From: Rhynchobatus australiae
Lineage: Eukaryota
Assembly: GCA_034780895.1 (NCBI GenBank)
Contig: JAUZTB010000071.1
Location: 15,317,227-15,381,226 of the forward strand
DNA: 64,000 bases
Direction: 5' to 3'
Shown here: piece by piece, positions 59,749 through 64,000 of the stretch
How the letters are laid out: each line of letters begins with the position of its first letter
Numbering within the stretch: the stretch's first letter is position 1
The notes under the pieces: model-generated
What the model was told of the DNA's origin: nothing
Database searches by the model: none
What the model saw: only the letters and a program-made list of their open reading frames with translations
Made by a program: the position numbers and the translations under genes

Positions 59749-61199
59749 CCCGATGAGGAATTACTATTTCTTTATTTTGTTTCCCTCAACATTTGGAATT
59801 GGTTAGTTGAAAAATGAGCTGTTTCCTTCCATTTTGTTGGTTTGGCCAAGAGTATTTTTTTAATCATACACAGGATGTGGTTGTCACTGGCAAAGTCAGC
59901 ATTTAGTGCCCATCCCTAAATGCCTTTGAATTGAGAGGCTTGTCAGACTAATTCAAAGGGAATTTCAGTCAACCACATTGCAATGAGTCTGGTCTGACCA
60001 GATAAGAATGAAGAATTCCAAACCTAAAGGACATGTGCGACAGATGGGACTTCTCACGTAAAAACTAGGCAACTAATTCCTTATGACCTTCAATGTCCAT
60101 CCGCCCTTCTTCTTTATATTGTAAAGTAACAAATAACCAGTAGAGGTATATCTTAAACACTGGGAAACATTTTCACCCCTTGTAATGTTTCGATCCATTC
60201 CCATTAAAACTCTGGTGCATTTTATTTAAACATTCCATTGTATGAAGTGTGATCGGGCCTGGAGTTCTCATGATCTGCATATGCTTACGTGAGAGGGTTG
60301 CGGGACAGAGAGTTAAAAGCTGGGATCCAGGCTTCCCCCGATTATCCAATGATCATTTTTAAAAAATGTTTAANNNNNNNNNNNNNNNNNNNNNNNNNNN
60401 NNNNNNNNNNNNNNNNNNNNNNNNNNNNNNNNNNNNNNNNNNNNNNNNNNNNNNNNNNNNNNNNNNNNNNNNNNNNNNNNNNNNNNNNNNNNNNNNNNNN
60501 NNNNNNNNNNNNNNNNNNNNNNNNNNNNNNNNNNNNNNNNNNNNNNNNNNNNNNNNNNNNNNNNNNNNNNNNNNNNNNNNNNNNNNNNNNNNNNNNNNNN
60601 NNNNNNNNNNNNNNNNNTGAAATATTTGGGTCCTGAAACTGCTGGGAAGCTTTAATGGCAGCAAAGTTCTTTAAGTACTATGTGAGTAATTTATGATAGT
60701 TATGCTGTATATTTCTGGAACATTGATCCTTTAACAGGAGGACAAAGTCAGTGCAGTTTGAGACTTCATGAACTGGGTAACTTGTTACTATCTGAGGATG
60801 AGACTTATAACACCATAAAAATGTGAGTCCCCACAATGTAGGGCAAATGAAGGTGTAACACTGACAAACAAACAAGCTGTAATTTCTGAAATTAATCTGT
60901 CAACTTTTTAAAAAATAATTACAGCTTTAAATGGCTATAAAAATTAATCTCTAGTGTTTAGGCATACCCAGTAGCAGCCTTGTTGAGTTTCTGTGCAGAA
61001 TTCTGAGCAGTTGTTGGAGATAATTACAATGGTTAGCGGGTGATCATCCCCTCTGGGTGACAAAAATGACCAGTTCCCCTAATGGACCCCTCAGAGGTTT
61101 CCCAGTGTCACACCTTCAATTGCCCTAGGTTGTGGGGTCTCAGATTTTTACAGTGTCATATGTCTGATCCACCTAACACTACCTTGAACCATTTTTCTT

Positions 61200-61940
61200 A
61201 TTTTTTCTCTCTCAACTTGCACTAATATCTTTATGTTTATTTTGTTGTGCCTTAACCTCACAATCTACCTTGTCATGGCCTTGCACCTTATTGTCTGTCT
61301 GCTTTCTCTGTAACTATAACACTATATTCTGCATTCAGTTGTTGCTTATCCCTTGTACTACTTTGATATACTGACGTGATGAAATGATCTGTATGGATAG
61401 CATTCAAAACAAAGTTTTTTCACTGTACCTCCGTATATGTGACAATAATAAACCAATTTACCAATTTATCAGTTTACTAATTTGTATGTATAATGTTTGT
61501 TAGTTTAAGTTTATGTTAACTTATGTTTGCCATCTTTGAAATGTACTGTGCTGCTACTGCAAAAAGCTAATTTTCATGGATGGGCAGGCACAGTTAGTGT
61601 AACGCTATTACAGCACCAGCAACCCGGGTTCAATTCCAGCTGCTGTCTGTAAGGAGTTTGTACCTTCTCCCCGTGTCTACGTGGGTTTCCTCTGCATGCT
61701 CCAGTTTCCTTGCCTGCTCCAGTTTCCTCACACATTCCAAAAAGGCGTACAGGTTAGGATGTTGTGGGTGTGCTATGTTGGCACCAGAAGTGTGGCGACA
61801 CTTGCGGGCTGCCCCCAGAGCACTCAACGCAAAGATGCATTTCACTGTGTGTTTCGATGTACATGTGACTAATAAAGATATCGTATCTTAGCTTATCTCC
61901 TTATACCCTGGGTATGTATGCCGATGCCAGTAAACTTGAA
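61200..61940 (+). mobile_element. Two adjacent Rex1/Babar-type tails, the second split by a SINE
   Basis: The first ends tttcactgtacctccgtatatgtgacaataataaa(ccaattta)2. The second reads gctgctactgcaaaaagctaattttcatgg [SINE] ttataccctgggtatgtatgcc..taaacttgaac. Confidence 0.6.
61583..61897 (+). mobile_element. Young V-SINE, Rex1-type tail, with a small internal duplication
   Basis: B-box gggttcaattcc; V-core with tgctccagtttcct duplicated (61697-61710, 61715-61728); tail gtacatgtgactaataaagatatc. Confidence 0.9.
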
Positions 61941-62424
61941 CATTTAGGAGCAGGGTGCCCGGTTCATGAAGTCCACTCAATACTCCCGCTCCATGTAGAG
62001 CTTATGATGCTGACTTCTTGATGCACAAGGAACTCGTCTTTTTCAATAAAGGCAAATGTCCAGTGAAAGATGGAAAATATCGCCTGTTGAATGAAAGACC
62101 TTGCAGCTCCTTCGTTGATCTCTGTTGCCTGATAGCGAGCTGTGGAATTTGCAGTCCACTGTCACAGTAATTACCACTGAGAAAATGACATCTATTCCCC
62201 CAACACTCTGCTTGGGGCTGTAAGGATATTAATTAAGCTTCAAACCTTGATGCCTCAAATGACTCATCTGCTACCCTGCTCCATAATATTCAGAAACAGA
62301 CTAGACAATGGAAGGGTCACTGCAATGCATTCACCTGCCATGGCTGTAGACATGGGTGAAAGTAATTGCATTCAGATATTAATATATTCCTCGAGGCTGC
62401 CTTATTTGACAGTGTGTTCGCAGT

Positions 62425-64000
62425 CTTTCTTGCTGCAGTATTACATCCCACCTCCACTGGACTTCCTGCAAGACTGGAGCTGGTCTTCAGAGCTGGTGGG
62501 AGGCTGCTCAGCCTACAGGGATGACATTCCGAAACTGGAGTTCCCAAACCTCAGTAGTCGAGTTGCAGTATGGAGATGACGATTGCACTCGTGCACACTC
62601 AGAGGAACAGCTCCAAACCATCGCTGACCTTTCATATCTTTTCCTCCACCCAGAATCTCCTTACTTTTGACAATTTATTCCTCCCTCAAGGAGTCCCTTC
62701 TTCTTAAGGCTGTGCTTTGGGATTGAAGATGATTTCCTTCCATTCTGTTTTTTGCATGCTGAGGAGGTTAATGAGGCCAATATGAGAATCACAGTCTCTT
62801 ACATAAATGGAGCTGATCATTCATGTGGACCCTACACAAGACAAAGATCCTCTACCAACCTGCTCCCACTGCACCACTCTTGTCTTACGAAAATAAAGGT
62901 TCATGGCAAAACCCTGGAAAAAATGTCTAGGAGCCACTTGTCAACAAAGGCAGCTGTCACTAATGAAATTTGCCATCACTTTGAATGCACCGGTACAGCC
63001 TTCGGATGGTTGAGGAAAAAGGTGCTGAAGATCATAACCTGTGGCACAAAACTCACATGCTTTTGGGCAGTCGTGATCCCTGCCCTCCTAAATGCTTCCG
63101 AAACCTGGACTACCAACAGCAGGCAGCTCAAGGCACTGGAAAGGTACTCCCAAATTGACTCTGCAAAATCCTTTCAATTCACTGNNNNNNNNAGCAAATC
63201 AATGTAAGTGCCCTCTCCCAGTCCAGCATCCCTAACACTGAGGCCCTGGTTACACTCAATCACCTACATTACTCAGGTCATGTCAAACGTATGCCCAACA
63301 TTGGACTCCTGAAACAGACATTCCACCATGAGAAGAGATTACTAGGAAGAGAGAGGAAAAGATTTAAGAATATGCTCAACATCTCCATGAAGAAATGCAA
63401 AACTACCACTGACTACTCAAAACCTCTGGTCCATGGCTGCTCAAAGTGGAGAAGAAGCTTTTGGTATTGAGAACCTCGGGGTTTTAGGAGCATCCACACT
63501 ACTTCACAAACTTCCTACCCAGCATCATATCCTGGCGCCACAATAGCATAGTGGTTAGCATAACGCTACTACAGTGCCAGCGACCCGGGTTCAATTCCGG
63601 CCGCTGTCTGTAAGGAGTTTTTACATTCTTCCTGTGTGTCTGCGTGGGTTTCCTCCGGGTGCTCCAGTTTCCTCCCACATTCCAAAGACGTATAGGTTAG
63701 GAGCCGTGGGCATGCTATGTTGGCGTCGGAAGAGTGGCAACATTTGCAGGCTGCCCCCAGCACATTCTCAGTAATGAAAAAGATGCATTTCACTATGTGT
63801 TTCGATGTACATGTGACTAATAAATGAATATCTTATATCTTATCTTATCTGTGGAAGAGTCATAGACTTGTACAACATGGAAACAGGCCCTTTGGTTCAA
63901 CTCTTCCATGCCGACCAAGTTGCCTACCCAAGCCAGAGTTTGCAGTTCCCACATTGCCCTCATTCACCTCCTCAGAACCCACAGAAACGGAGTGGAAGAA
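62425..64000 (+). mobile_element. Degenerate RTE-clade LINE with nested insertions
   Basis: ELQYGDDDCTRAHSEEQLQTIAD (~62560-62630; RT YADD region) and SHLSTKA..EI.H..C...AFG.LRKKV...GTKL....AVVIPALL..SETWTT.SRQLKALERY; tail cccacattg.cctcat..acctcctcagaacccacaga at the window end. Confidence 0.8.
63534..63850 (+). mobile_element. Young V-SINE, full length, Rex1-type tail
   Basis: A-box tagcatagtgg, B-box ggttcaattcc, V-core, tail gcatttcactatgtgtttcgatgtacatgtgactaataaa followed by (atctt)n. Confidence 0.92.

Noticed and set aside
63537-63610. tRNA-like sequence with A and B boxes
   Set aside because: It continues into a SINE core and tail and occurs in many diverged copies; it is a SINE head, not a tRNA gene.

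Overview
Vertebrate genomic DNA from a fragmented assembly with many N gaps. The repeat content (V-domain tRNA SINEs, CR1, L2, Rex1/Babar, Tx1, RTE and Penelope-like fragments) points to a cartilaginous fish, probably a ray (inference). I can support one protein-coding gene, a ZNF281 (ZBP-99) orthologue on the + strand. It has a CpG-island first exon near 19.9-20.05 kb and six coding exons (24916-25269, 29149-29274, 31768-31888, 32096-32179, 33047-33165, 34825-36384). These splice in frame to 2364 nt / 787 aa, with four zinc fingers and the C-terminus KTPTSQSYR. The most notable observations are: (i) the stop codon sits inside a consensus splice donor, with a poly(A) signal and a strong acceptor just downstream, suggesting a splice-versus-polyadenylation switch; (ii) an intron-rich, ZNF148-like gene structure; (iii) three uORFs; (iv) one SINE core joined to different LINE-type tails; (v) decayed hammerhead-ribozyme motifs in Penelope-like repeats; (vi) several hairpins and nested insertions. 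I found no prokaryotic-type systems, CRISPR arrays, rRNA genes or intact tRNA genes. Family assignments come from recognising motifs by eye, not from database searches, and repeat boundaries are approximate.
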